Positions 11,680-24,921 of a DNA stretch of 64,000 nt are shown here, one piece after another (positions within the stretch are counted from its first letter, which is position 1; every line of letters begins with the position of its first letter). This DNA is from Octopus vulgaris. Its lineage: Eukaryota. The DNA lies in assembly GCA_951406725.2 (NCBI GenBank), contig OX597827.1, positions 63,240,001 to 63,304,000 of the forward strand, in the 5' to 3' direction. The notes beneath the pieces are model-generated. The model was given only the letters and a program-made list of their open reading frames with translations. It was not told the origin of the DNA and searched no databases. The translations under genes and the position numbers were made by a program.

Positions 11680-11791
11680 TAAGGATAAGATCGTTAACTT
11701 AATTATCAATCTTATCAAGTGGCTAGCATGGGAATAAAACCTTCAAAGGCCACTGATAAGAATGGTAATTAAATTAACGATCTTATCCTTA
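11680..11791. repeat. Fold-back palindrome, ~110 bp
   Basis: taaggataagatcgttaa..tggc / gcca..ttaacgatcttatcctta. Confidence 0.88.
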
Positions 11792-11994
11792 TTTATATAA
11801 ATTTATATTTATTTCGTCATTGTATTTACTGCGGTTGATATTTTGACCATATCACACGAGGAGTTATAGGCGGACAATTTAAACTGGTCGTGTGCATTCG
11901 TGCATATATATGTATGTATATGTTCGTATATGTGAGTATTCGTATGTTATATGTATATATATATATGTGTGTATTTATGTTACTATCTGAGTAT

Positions 11995-12053
11995 ATTCCA
12001 CTGATGAGGCAAAACATTTCTTTTGGCAAAGCCAGAAATCCAGGATTTGGAAT
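11995..12053 (+). ncRNA. Hammerhead ribozyme-like motif
   Basis: ATTCCA-CTGATGA-GGC..GCC-a-GAA-ATCCaGGAT-T-TGGAAT; 6-bp stem I. Confidence 0.7.
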
Positions 12054-12377
12054 TATCCAGGAATTTTTTACTAGTTCATCTTGTCATTTTTGTCTTCCCT
12101 CCTGGTGCTTTATGAACATTTAATGTGGATTTAGAGTCAAATTTTGGCTGCTATTTCCAGCGTGGAGGTATCTGTTAGATACCTTAAATTATAATTTTAT
12201 ATATAAATATATATATATATAGGTGAGAAAGTTGGTGTGTGAAAGCACGTGGTTGAATATATAGAAAATAGTAAAAAGTGAATAAACTACAGAAGGCTTG
12301 TTTTAGAAGGTTAAAAAGTATATATTTGAGTCATTATGTCTGAAGAATGTTATAAATATTTTTCATACAATGACATA

Positions 12378-12439
<62 letters not shown>

Positions 12440-12539
12440 TGAAATGGAAAGATGAATTATCTTGTTACGGATTATTCAAAAGTTTAACTGATACCTGGGT
12501 AGCAAAAATCACGGCAGAAAAAATCATTATTCCTGGTTT

Positions 12540-12619
12540 TTCCTGAAGAGAAAGCTGCAATATGGTATCCTTATTTAATCAGAATTTGGAAAATTGTGGC
12601 CTTTGAAACATGTGTAGAA
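12540..12619 (+). ncRNA. Hammerhead ribozyme-like motif
   Basis: TTC-CTGAAGA-GAAAGCTGCAAT..ATTGTGGCCTTT-GAAAC atgt GTA-GAA, followed by aataaa. Confidence 0.72.
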
Positions 12620-12673
12620 TGTAATAAAAGGAATTCTGTACAATCTTCGTTCAACTCCATTTCTTCCATTCAC

Positions 12674-12743
<70 letters not shown>

Positions 12744-12789
12744 GTATGTATGTATGTATGTATGTATCTATCTATCCAAAATACTCCAA

Positions 12790-12825
<36 letters not shown>

Positions 12826-13066
12826 TTAGAGTGTTTTGGAAATTCCTTGATACAGTTCTAACATTTAGAGAGAATATTTTTTTTCTCAAAGTGTTAAGAT
12901 TAAGAAAAGACCCTTCTTAGAAAGCCGAAAGGCACTAACCTTTGGGAAGAAATTTCACAAAATGTGTGTGGCTTTTGCCTTTATAGATGCGCAAGCGCTT
13001 TCAGTTCTTAACGTTTTCAAGCAGTAAATTTCTTGTTGACTATTTCCGGTTTAGTTTCTGACTCAG

Positions 13067-13211
13067 AAATCTTATGAAATATTCCACTTTTGCCTTCCGG
13101 AGAAGGTCGTTCTCTTCATTTATTTTATGAAGAGGGAAAATTGTAAATTTTCCTTGTGCACATGTGTCCAAATTATCGCTACATGGTATGAATATACATA
13201 CATACATACAT

Positions 13212-13244
<33 letters not shown>

Positions 13245-13314
13245 TATATATATACAAATATATATATATAGTATTATATTATTTACTATTTATTATGTAA
13301 TTGAACGCGACGCA

Positions 13315-13350
<36 letters not shown>

Positions 13351-13517
13351 TGTATGTATGTATGTATGTATGTATGTATGTATATTAATACCATGTAGCG
13401 ATAATTTGGACACATGGGCACAAGGAAAATTTTCAATTTTCCCTCTTCATAAAATAAATGAAGAGAACGACCTTCTCCGGAAGGCAAAAGGCAAAAGAGG
13501 AATATTTCATAAGATTT
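13067..13517. repeat. 450-bp fold-back: 130-bp unique arms plus inverted (CATA)n/(TATG)n
   Basis: 13067-13196 is the near-perfect reverse complement of 13381-13517. Confidence 0.92.
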
Positions 13518-13554
13518 GGGCGTCACCAACGGTGCAAATAACATGAATTACATA

Positions 13555-13922
13555 AAGAAGAAGAAGAAGAAGAAGAAGAAGAAGAAGAAGAAGAAGAAGA
13601 AGAAGAAGAAGAAGAAGAAGAAGAAGAAGAAGAAGAAGAAGAAGAAGAAGAAGAAGAAGAAGAAGAAGAAGAAGAAGAAGAAGAAGAAGAAGACAGCATG
13701 AACGACGTTGAGCGAGTGGTTCTGAAAATGGTCAGTAGAGATAGCAGCGATGTCGAAAGCGGAATGTATGTGGAAGGCAGTATAGTTGTCAATACAAGTG
13801 CAACATGTGGGTCTGTCAAAAAGGGAAGTAATAAGACAAGATGATGATGATGATGAGGTTGATAATTATGATGATGGAGATGATGAGCATGATGTTGATG
13901 ATGATGATGATGAGTATGATGT

Positions 13923-13967
<45 letters not shown>

Positions 13968-14010
13968 GTATGATGTTGATGATGATGATGATGATAATTA
14001 GTGATGATGG

Positions 14011-14047
<37 letters not shown>

Positions 14048-14294
14048 AATTGGTGATGATGGTGATGATGAGTATGATGTTGATGATGATGATGATGATG
14101 AGTATGATGTTGATGATGATGATGTTGATGATGATGATGATGAGTATGATGTTGATGATGATGATGATGAGTATGATGTTGATGATGATGATGATGATGA
14201 GATTGATGATTATGATGATGGAGATGATGAGCATGATGTTGATGATGATGATGATGAGTATGATGTTGATGATGATGATGATGATGATGACGAC

Positions 14295-14327
<33 letters not shown>

Positions 14328-14718
14328 AATTAGTGATGATGGTGATGATGATGATGAGGATGATGATGAGTATGATATTAATGATGATGTTGACGATGAT
14401 GATAATTAGAGACGATGGTGATGATGACGATGATGATGATGATGATGATGATGGTAATGAATATGATGATGAAAATGATGACGATGATGATGAGCAGGAG
14501 GAAGATGAGGAGGAGGAAGATGATGATGAGGAGGATGAAAATGATGATGATGAGGATGATGGTAACGCCTACTGTGATGACGAAGATGGCGTTGAAAGTG
14601 ATGAGGACCACAATGACCACGATGATGATGATGATGATGATGAAGGTGACGTCGACAGTGATGACGAAGGTGATGATGATGATTATGGCAAGGACGACAA
14701 CGATGACGTTGACAATGG

Positions 14719-14768
<50 letters not shown>

Positions 14769-14910
14769 CCATTTGCTAGTTTTCTTTTTGCTGTTTAGCC
14801 CCAGACCAAACCGTCCTTTGATGAGCATATGGTGCAGTGGTTAAGAGCGTGGGCTACTAACCCGAAGATTCCGAGCGAGTTCGATTGCCGGTATGACCTG
14901 AATAATAATG

Positions 14911-14968
<58 letters not shown>

Positions 14969-15029
14969 TAATGATAATAATAATAATGATGACGACGACG
15001 ACGACGATGATGATGATGATGATAATAAC

Positions 15030-15070
<41 letters not shown>

Positions 15071-15102
15071 TGATGACGACGACGACGACGATGATGATGA
15101 TG

Positions 15103-15172
<70 letters not shown>

Positions 15173-15516
15173 TGATGATGATGATGATAATATATGAAGT
15201 CCTGCATTAAAGGACTTCATATACTGTACATAGATGTGCTTTGAGAAAGAGAGACTTACCTTTATTTCTAGCAACTCGAGCGACTACGTAGAGACCCCCA
15301 TCGCGTTGATTCGCGCTGGCAGCGTTGTTGTTGTTGTTGATGGTGGTGGTAGTGGTGGTGGTAGTTCATGGTACTTGTGGTGGTTTGTGATCAGGGTGGT
15401 ATGAAGGTGGCAGTAGCAGTGTTGTTGGTGAAGGTGGTGGCGCGGCAGTGGTGACTGTGGTAGTGATGATGGAGATTTGCGATCAGAGTGGTGACATTGG
15501 GATGGTGGCGGTTCGA

Positions 15517-15547
<31 letters not shown>

Positions 15548-15751
15548 GATGGCGGTGGGGATTTGTCATCTGATTTGTGATCGGGAGATGGCATTGGGGT
15601 GGTGGTGGTGGTGGTGGTGGTGGTGGTAGTTTACTTGGAACTCGTGATTATGCCGATGATAGATGCCAGAAGAAAGAGACAAAAAAGAGTGAAGAAGAAG
15701 AAGAAAAAGAAGAAGAAGAAGAAGGAGAAGGAGGAGGAGGAGGAGAAGAAG

Positions 15752-15783
<32 letters not shown>

Positions 15784-16120
15784 GAAGAGGTGGTGGGGTG
15801 GAGAGAGGGAGGAAAATAAGCAAAGGAAGAGGAGGTAAAGGAAGAAAATGAAGAAGAAGAAAGAGGAGAAAAGACAAGGAAAAGAAAAAGAATAAGGAGA
15901 AGGAGGAAAGAGAATAGGAGATGAGACTTGTCAGAGAAGAAGAGAGGAGGAGGAGGAGGAGGAGGAAGAAGAAGAAGAAGAAGAAGGAGAATAATAATAA
16001 TAATAAGAAGAAGAAGAAGAAGGAGAAGAAGAAGAAGAAGAAGAAGAAGGAGGAGGAGGAGGAGGAGAAGAAGAAGAAGAAGAAGAAGAAGAAGAAGGAG
16101 AATAATAATAATAATAATAA

Positions 16121-16151
<31 letters not shown>

Positions 16152-16324
16152 AAAAAAGAAGAAGAAGAAGAAGAAGAAGAAGAAGAAGAAGAAGAAGAAG
16201 AAGAAGAAGAAGAAGAAGAAGAAGAAGAAGAAGAAGAAAAAGAAGAAGAAGAAGAAGAAGTGTGCAATAGAGCAGTCACAGTTTAGCAAAATGTATAAAC
16301 AACAAAAACTAAAACTCCAGAGAA

Positions 16325-16357
<33 letters not shown>

Positions 16358-16372
16358 AGCAGCAGCAGCATC
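13555..16372. repeat. Compound trinucleotide microsatellite field (AAG, GAT, AAT, GAC, GGT, GAA, CAA)
   Basis: Read directly; the poly-K/D/N/E/Q ORFs are artefacts. Confidence 0.95.
14823..14901 (+). mobile_element. tRNA-like head of family E element
   Basis: gagcatatggtgcagtggttaagagcgtgggctactaaccc..gagttcgattgcc..tgacctga then (AAT)n. Confidence 0.8.
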
Positions 16373-16713
16373 AACCAAGACTAGAGAAACCGTCTATATC
16401 AGAAGAAGACAAAAACCAAAGTTGGTTGACATTTTCTGAAATGTCAACAGTGAGGCACGAACACTCCATTCACAGTTAGCTGGATCGTGCTAAATCAGAG
16501 TCGTGCAGTAGATTCTGTGCAATGCTTTGTTAGATGGTTTTTCTGTGTGACGAAAATATGCTCTGTTGTGTTGTGCACACGCCATTACCCCAACCAGCCC
16601 GCTAAATCTTATGTGTGATATAATACCTCCTTTGGTAGATACATAGATATATGCATAGACACACACACATACATACATACATACATACATACACATATAT
16701 GTATGTATATGTG

Positions 16714-16795
<82 letters not shown>

Positions 16796-16812
16796 TATAC
16801 ATATATATATAC

Positions 16813-16846
<34 letters not shown>

Positions 16847-16980
16847 GTATATATATATACAGACATATATATATATATATATACATACATACACAAACAT
16901 TTTTAATCACACATATACACATATGTATATGTATGAACTTATATATATATTTATGTGCGTATATGTATATGTATATATAT

Positions 16981-17012
<32 letters not shown>

Positions 17013-17124
17013 GGATATATATATATATATGTGTGTATATATGTTTCCATGCATGCCTATAACTCACACACATGCACGCGCACATACACACAGAGATACA
17101 CACATATATATATGAATATATCTG

Positions 17125-17162
<38 letters not shown>

Positions 17163-17179
17163 TATATATATGTTATTTG

Positions 17180-17227
<48 letters not shown>

Positions 17228-17822
17228 TATAGATGCACCAATCTATATACTCATGTACGAATGACAATGCGTGTGCATATATTTATATATGCACATATAT
17301 GTGTGTATTTATATAGATAGAAAGATACATTTATAAATATATACGCATATTTATATATAATCATATATATATATATGTATATATACACGTACATATATCT
17401 ACGTTTATACATCTTTTTGTACGTGCAAATACACACACAAACACATACATACATATATATGTATAAATGTGTGACTGTGCTCGCGTATGTGTGTATGTAT
17501 GTATGAATGTATAAACACGAAACACGCGATCATAAAACTTCTTTGTATGTGTCTATTCTTGTATGCGTGCATGTGTGCGTGTGTATGAGGTGTGTGCTTG
17601 CGAGTGTGTGTATTATACACTTGCACGTCTCGCCTATATATTCAACTCAAAACACGGTGCTGGAGTAAGGTCGTAGCCTTGACTCCTGAAGAGCGATGTA
17701 AAGAAGTAAGGTGTGTATACATATGTGAATTTAATGATAACGTCTATGTATATACACTAAAATTGATAGTTAGGAACAAAGTTAAAGAGCTGAAGAAATG
17801 CAGAATGTGTGAGACAGAATCA

Positions 17823-17864
<42 letters not shown>

Positions 17865-17868
17865 TTGT

Positions 17869-18020
17869 ATCAAAACAGGTTGATTCAACTTCGCTGGTAC
17901 TCCGAGTTTCAAGGGTGATGCTAATCTTCAGCCGTTGGGAATTTGAATCCCCAATGACTGAAGGTTAGCATCAGGCATGGAATTCGGAATACCAACGATT
18001 TTGATTCAATCTGTTTTGAT
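17869..18020. repeat. Fold-back palindrome, ~150 bp
   Basis: atcaaaacaggttga..tgatgctaatcttcag..ctgaaggttagcatca..tcaatctgttttgat. Confidence 0.9.
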
Positions 18021-18582
18021 CTCTGCATGTAACACCCAATAAATGTGTTGAGTGCCCTTCTTCCGTTTCTCCACTCACTCGTATATAAATATATACATAC
18101 ATATACATACATACATACATGCATGCATACATACATATATATGTGCATACATACATGCATATACATGTATATAATTTATATATAAATACATACATTCATA
18201 CACACACACAAATATATATAGACTTCGCCTAGCAAATTATATTTGCTAAAGAAATTCTGAGACCATGGTCCAGGAAATAGATGGTAAATGTTTTTATTTT
18301 TCATTACCTTAGAAATTTTATCCCTAATCAGTGGTTTGGACTTTAGCTGTTCCTTCGAGAGTAAGGGAGCCCTATGATGGACACCTCTTATGTGTTTAAA
18401 TGTGCACGCTATTTTGTTCATATATATATATATATATATATATAATTATATGTAAAGATGAGATCCAACTAACAAGGTGTATCATGGTAGTAAGGTTAGA
18501 GCAGTCCGTAGAAGGTATAAAAAAGAACTTTTACGAACAATAGTGGTTTATTGACGCAGAAAGCTGTAAATGTTTTCCAGTA

Positions 18583-18966
18583 GGCGCAGGAGTGGCTGTG
18601 TGGTAAGTAGCTTGTTTACCAACCACATGGTTCCGGGTTCAGTCCCACTGCGTGGCACCTTGAGCAAGTGTCTTCTACTATAGCCTCGGGCCGACCAAAG
18701 CCTTGTAAGTGGATTTGGTAGACGGAAACTGAAAGAAGCCCGTCGTATATATGTATATATATATATGTATGTGCGTGTATGTTTGTGTGTCTGTGTTTGT
18801 CCCCCTAGCATTGCTTGACAACCGATGCTGGTGTGTTTATGTCGGCAAAAGAGACAGATAGAATAAGTACTGGGCTTACAAAAAATAAGTCCAGGGGTCG
18901 AGTTGCTCGATTAAAGGCGGTGCACCAGCATGGCCGCAATCAAAATGACTGAAACAAGTAAAAAGA
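18583..18966 (+). mobile_element. SINE family A
   Basis: Near full-length match to 6111. Confidence 0.95.
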
Positions 18967-19089
18967 GAAGAAAAAATATCGAAGTTCGATATGCTGAAAA
19001 CCGTAATTTCATAGTTCACGGTCAGCAACTGGGGTTGCTGTGCATGCAAATAAAGATCCACATTTTAGGAATGGCGTAGGTAAAATCCA

Positions 19090-19168
19090 GAGTACACATG
19101 TTTCCTACTTAGTAGAACCTCCGAAGTAGTAATTACTCAATGTGGTGTAGCTAGCTACTCATCAGGTC
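19090..19168 (-). ncRNA. Degenerate hammerhead motif
   Basis: Minus strand gac-CTGATGA-gtagctag..ctaagtag-GAAAC atgt GTA-ctc; core intact, stems decayed. Confidence 0.45.
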
Positions 19169-19335
19169 GAAGACATCTTGGTCAAGTGAATGTTACATTG
19201 TCTTCAAGGGATTCCATGATAACATGCATTAGATTTGAAAGAATCCTAAAGAGAGTTTTTCACCTATAACATTAGATTTTATGAAGAGTAAATATTTGGT
19301 GCGAATACATACGTATATACATACATACATATATA

Positions 19336-19407
<72 letters not shown>

Positions 19408-19440
19408 GAGAAAAAACCTCTATTAAACAATTCAATAATG

Positions 19441-19538
<98 letters not shown>

Positions 19539-19619
19539 CATCAGTATTATTATGATTACAATTATTATTATTATTATTATTATTGTTGAGAAAAACCTCT
19601 ATTAAATAATTCAATAATG

Positions 19620-19684
<65 letters not shown>

Positions 19685-19770
19685 CATCATTATTATTATG
19701 ATTATTATTATTATTATTATTGTTGTTGTTGTTGTTGTTGTTGTTATTTTATTATTATTATCATTATTTT

Positions 19771-19887
19771 AGACCGGATGAGTGACCATATTGAATAGAA
19801 TTAATTTTAGATCAATTTAATTTTAAATCGAATTAATTTTATTATTATTACCTATTTGAAAATATAGCCAAGAAACGCGCGTAATCT
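19771..19887 (+). ncRNA. Hammerhead motif with long stem II (U4G in this copy)
   Basis: AGAC-CGGATGA-gtgaccatatt..aatatagccaa-GAAACGCGCGTA-ATCT; palindromic stem III ACGCGCGT; sister copy at 52407. Confidence 0.7.
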
Positions 19888-19982
19888 TTTTACTACTATT
19901 TACTATTTATTGTTTTTGCACTTTATTGATTTTTAGAACAAAGTTTTATAGTATATGTTATCTATATGATGTCAATAACATC

Positions 19983-20163
<181 letters not shown>

Positions 20164-20619
20164 CAGATAGATAGATAGATATAGATTCAGATGAATATGG
20201 TATTTAAGTGGAGGCACAGAATTTAGTGCGGTATTATCCATACAATTTCAAAGTAAGGTGATTAAAATCAAAATAAGCAGAGATCTTTACAATCTAGGTA
20301 ATCAAATCAGAAGCACTTCATGTGAATATATTTCCGTCATTGTGTCTGAATCCCACCTCCGCGTGGTTTGTCAACGGTTCGGCGAAAGTAGCCGATAGAA
20401 TAAGTAAAACGTTTAAAATATAAATACTTGGTTCGACCTGTTAGACTAAACTCTTGAGGGTGATACCCCAGTACGGCCACAGTCCACTGAGTAAAACAAA
20501 ATGGTAAAAAAGGAATAATAAACAAACGATACGCCCACGTACATACACATATATTCATATACATCTATAATACAGGAGTTTTCGACCAACTCTGATCGCA
20601 AATAAATCGTGCTGTGCCT

Positions 20620-21030
20620 GTGGTAAGTAGCTTGCTTACCAACCATATGGTTCCCGGTTCAGTCCCACTGCGTGGCACCTTGGGCAAGCGTCTTCTACTA
20701 TAACCTCGGACGGACTAAAGCCTTGTGAATGTATTTGGTAGACGGAAACTGAAAGAAGCCCGTCATATATATATATATGTATATATATGTATATGTATGT
20801 ATGTGTGCGTGTATGTTTGTGTGACTGTGTTTGTCCCCCAACATCGTTTGACAACAAATGATGGTGTGTTTATGTCCCCGTAACTTAGCGATTCGGCAAA
20901 AGGGACCGATAGAATAAGTACTAGGCTTCCAAAGAATAAGTCCTGGGGTCGATTTGCTCGACTAAAGGCGGTGCTCCAGCATGGCCGCAGTCAAATGACT
21001 GAAACAAGTACAAGAGTAAAAGAGTAAGAG
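20620..21030 (+). mobile_element. SINE family A
   Basis: 5'-clipped full body. Confidence 0.93.
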
Positions 21031-21044
21031 TATATAAAGAGTAT

Positions 21045-21114
<70 letters not shown>

Positions 21115-21123
21115 GGATAGATG

Positions 21124-21218
<95 letters not shown>

Positions 21219-22025
21219 GTAAAGCACAATTTATTCGTGATCTGAGTTGTTCAAAACCGAGTTTCTACTATATTCATTTTAGTATTTTACATAAGCATAC
21301 AAAATAATATATACATATATATATATATATATATACATATATAAAATCCATACCTACCATGTTTTGTCTTTCCATTCAACGATTCCATACACATTTTATC
21401 AATTTAGTTCACATGTACAGCTTGCAAATTCTCCACCATTCTACGCTTAAATAATATATCAAACTTACCAACATCCATTCATATAACTAATCTAATCAAT
21501 ATTCACAGATAATCTCGTATAACCAACATGCACATCTCAGTGTATATATATATTAGTCAAAATGTCTATTAACTGACTTCATGCAGTCAGAATCTATATT
21601 CTGTTTGCAGTCTATGTTTATCTAATACATAACTAAACGCAGTGTTCATCCAATCAAAATATTCACATTCTGTCTATTTATTCAATGGTTACTGCTTCCG
21701 CTCCATCCAGTCAACCAGACTGCGACGAATGATTTATTCTTTACGCAATTATATATCTGTCCATACCAAACCGTGTACAATCTTGAGCATTTACTTAGTG
21801 ATTCGTTTATCACGAAATTGGTAGGTGCAGACAAGTCTATGCTTCGATGATGAGCTCATAATGAAACTGGAACATATAGTAGTCAACCACTAGTTGTTTC
21901 ATTGTTATTTTGTTTTTACTCAACAAATAATTTCTGTTTAGCTTCTTAATATCTCAAGCATTAAATATTTCAACGGTTAATCCAGTGTCTATTGGTTTCA
22001 GCCAATACTTCAAGATGTAACGACC

Positions 22026-22319
22026 TGTTCCTTCTCAAGCCATGCCTGGCTTATAAGGGCCGGTTTCCCGGTTTCCTTGGCGTATATTTTCCCCACCTGG
22101 ATGGGACGCCGGTCCGTCGCAGGTGAGCTGCAAGATGCAGGAGGAAAGAGTGAGAGAAAGTTGTGGCGAAAGAGTCAGCAGAAGTTCATCATTACTTTCT
22201 GCCGGAGCCGCGTGGAGCTTAGTTGTTTCGCTCATAAACACACACTTGTCGCCCGGTCTGAGACTCGAACCCGCGATCCCTCGACCGCGAGTCCGTTGAT
22301 CTAACCACTAGGCCATGCG
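22026..22319 (-). mobile_element. SINE family C, near full length
   Basis: Reverse complement of the tRNA-Arg-like head through to the gagaaggaac tail. Confidence 0.92.
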
Positions 22320-22688
22320 TACGACCTGGCTTCATATGAATCCTGAGCTCCTCTGGTTTCAGCTAACAGTATCCAGTTTGGGATCTTGAGAAAGGTTTCC
22401 AATCACCAGGTATGAGTAAATAGACAAAGTGTAGAGTGTAAACTTTTTAACAGGTGGAGCTCCTATCGCAGCAAGGTGTTTCCCTCAATACTTTTCTGTC
22501 CATTCCTAAAACCGAACATATCTTTTGTTGACGGTTTTGTTCGACTTCAAAGCGGTGTTCCAGCAGGGCCGCAGTCAAATGACTCAAACTAGGAAAAATA
22601 ATAAATAAAAAAAAAACAGTTTTTGGTACTCGTACATATATTTTCAACATCCACGAGGCGTGATTAACTACAAATTTTGTTTACATAT

Positions 22689-22851
22689 AGGCGCAGGAGT
22701 GGCCGTGTGGCAAGTAGCTTGCTTACCAACCACATGGTTCTGGGTTCATTCCCACAGCGTGGCACCTTGGGCAAGTGTCTTGTACTATAGCCTCGGGCCG
22801 ACCAAAGCCTTGTGAGTGGATTTGGTTGACGGAAACTGAAAGAAGCCCGTC

Positions 22852-22882
<31 letters not shown>

Positions 22883-23100
22883 TCTGCTGCGCGTGTGTGT
22901 ATGTTTGTCTGCTGCGCGTGTATTCCCCGAACATCGCTTGACAACCGATGCTGGTATGTTTACGTCCCCGTAAAGATCGATAGAATAAGTACTAGGCTTA
23001 CAAAAAATAAGTCCTGCGGTCGATTTGCTCGACTAAAGGCTGTGCTCCAGCATGACCGCAGTCAAAATGACTGGAACAAGTAAAAGAATAAAAGAATAAA
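22689..23100 (+). mobile_element. SINE family A
   Basis: Full-length match. Confidence 0.95.
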
Positions 23101-23626
23101 CGAATAAAAGAATACTACAGATTTTGTCGGCACCAATTATAAACACCGTGTAGGTATCCGTAACTAATGAAGGTGATATCACCATATGTTGTACATCGAG
23201 TCTGAGAATATATAACACAGACAGTCTTATCTAATCAACACCTACAGCTTGATTGCGTGACAAACTTCCACAAACTGAATTTATCCAGTAATGCTTATAC
23301 ATATATAGAAACGTCATACATGTGTGACATGACGTCTTCAGTGAGATATTACCTAATAGTCTACGTTCGGCATGCATATTTGTTGCTTGATTACAATAAT
23401 ACTGGCTAAAACAACACGCCAGCAAATACTTAGCGACTCAAGGTCCCGTTCAAATACGTCACTAATCCCTTACCACCCATGAATGCGAAAACATATCGAA
23501 AAATTTACTCTAGTCATTTCTCCAAATATACTACAAATGCAATGGTGAAATCTAATTCTTGATAAATCTCAGAGCGAGTTATAAATAGTAGCGGTAACAC
23601 ATCGTGACGCATATTTGCCATTTGAA

Positions 23627-23870
23627 TATGGCTAACCCCTAAGGGTGGATGCTACTGTAGTTTGTAACCCCAGGAAGATATCTCCTCCAGCTGACTATAG
23701 ACACACTATCTGTGTCCTCTCAGTATTTATGAAGGGGAGTCATCCTCCCCGTCTTCAACTCACGATACACACGGACCCGAGTTTCAAGGTGTTTACCTTT
23801 CATCAGCGTGTGACAATCATGGTTGTCGACGAGAAGTCAGCTCCCTTCACAAATACATATACTTTTTCCA
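23627..23870 (-). mobile_element. Short HHR-bearing non-autonomous element
   Basis: Contains the HHR at 23768-23812; tail shared with 11388; upstream boundary approximate. Confidence 0.65.
23768..23812 (-). ncRNA. Canonical minimal type-I hammerhead ribozyme
   Basis: Minus strand CACACG-CTGATGA-AAGGT aaac ACCTT-GAAAC tcgg GTC-CGTGTG; all core bases present, perfect stems I and II, GUC site. Confidence 0.9.
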
Positions 23871-24659
23871 GTGTCGATTGACACTGATATATTCTTATTT
23901 TCTCAATAAAAATTACAATTCCATTTGCATGTATTTTTTCAGCTTCGTGGTTTCATCGTCATTGTGTTATGACTTTAGATCTCATTGGAGAATTACAATT
24001 GGTTATAGAAGTGGATAATTATATTTGTGTTATGACAGGTACACTGTAGAAAGGCAAAAATTATTACGGTAAAAGTCTAGTATACTGTTATACCAATGAA
24101 CTATCATGGCTTGGAGGCAAATAAACAAAAACGAAAAATACTAAAATACTAAAGTTCGTGACAGTTTTATTCGCTTCTAAATAAAATATTTTCTTTATAT
24201 CACAGGAATATAGAAACTTCGAGAAACGTGAAATAATTCGAATTATTTTAAACAACAAAGCTCGAAATAGATACAACTACACGGCCAGCTTTCGATTTTT
24301 CTCTCCAGAGGCTTTTTTTCACCTACGAGTTGCAGGTCGGTTACTTATAGCATTGTTTAAGGCGGTTAACTGGTAGAAGCGTTAGCACACCGGATATAAT
24401 TCTTGGCGGCATTTCAGCTATCTTTACGTTCAAATCCCACCGAGGTCAGCTATGCATTTTATGCTTTCAGGGTTGATAAAATAGTACCAGTTGAATACTG
24501 CGGCTCTCTTCCCTGATATTACCAACCTTATGCCAAAATTTGAAACCATTATACTGTGTAACGTCATTTTTACTCTTGGGTAGCAACTGTTATTCCCTAT
24601 TTGCTTATCTTAAAGTGGTTCGACAGAGTGCCAAGCAACGAACTGTGGGAAAGGGCCAA

Positions 24660-24921
24660 CCAGGAGCCCATACATGTTCAGATTAGACGCAGGAAATGGA
24701 GATGGATCAGACACACATAGCAGAAAGTACCCTCAAATGTGACACGACAAGCACTTGACTGGAACCTGAAGCAGACATGGAAGCGGAGCATTTTGGATGA
24801 GCTCAGGACCACCGGTCTGACATGGGAAGCAGCTAAGAAACACGACAATGACCACAAAAAGTAGAAAACAACTGTTGAGTCCCTATGCTCCACAAGGGCA
24901 AAAAGGATTAAGAAGAAGAAA
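24660..24921 (+). mobile_element. RTE-clade LINE 3' fragment
   Basis: QIRRRKWRWIRHT..VTRQALDWN..TWKRSILDELRTTGLTWEAAKK; sister copy at 57010. Confidence 0.9.

Noticed and set aside
13698-14770. Acidic Asp/Glu-rich protein exon
   Set aside because: Frames broken by stops and shifts; no splice signals; microsatellite origin
17661-17700. Hairpin followed by CTGAAGA (type-III HHR-like start)
   Set aside because: No stem II or GAAA
23306-23345. Minus-strand CTGAAGA-CGTCAT..ATGACG hairpin
   Set aside because: The stem is followed by TTTC, not GAAA; a simple hairpin
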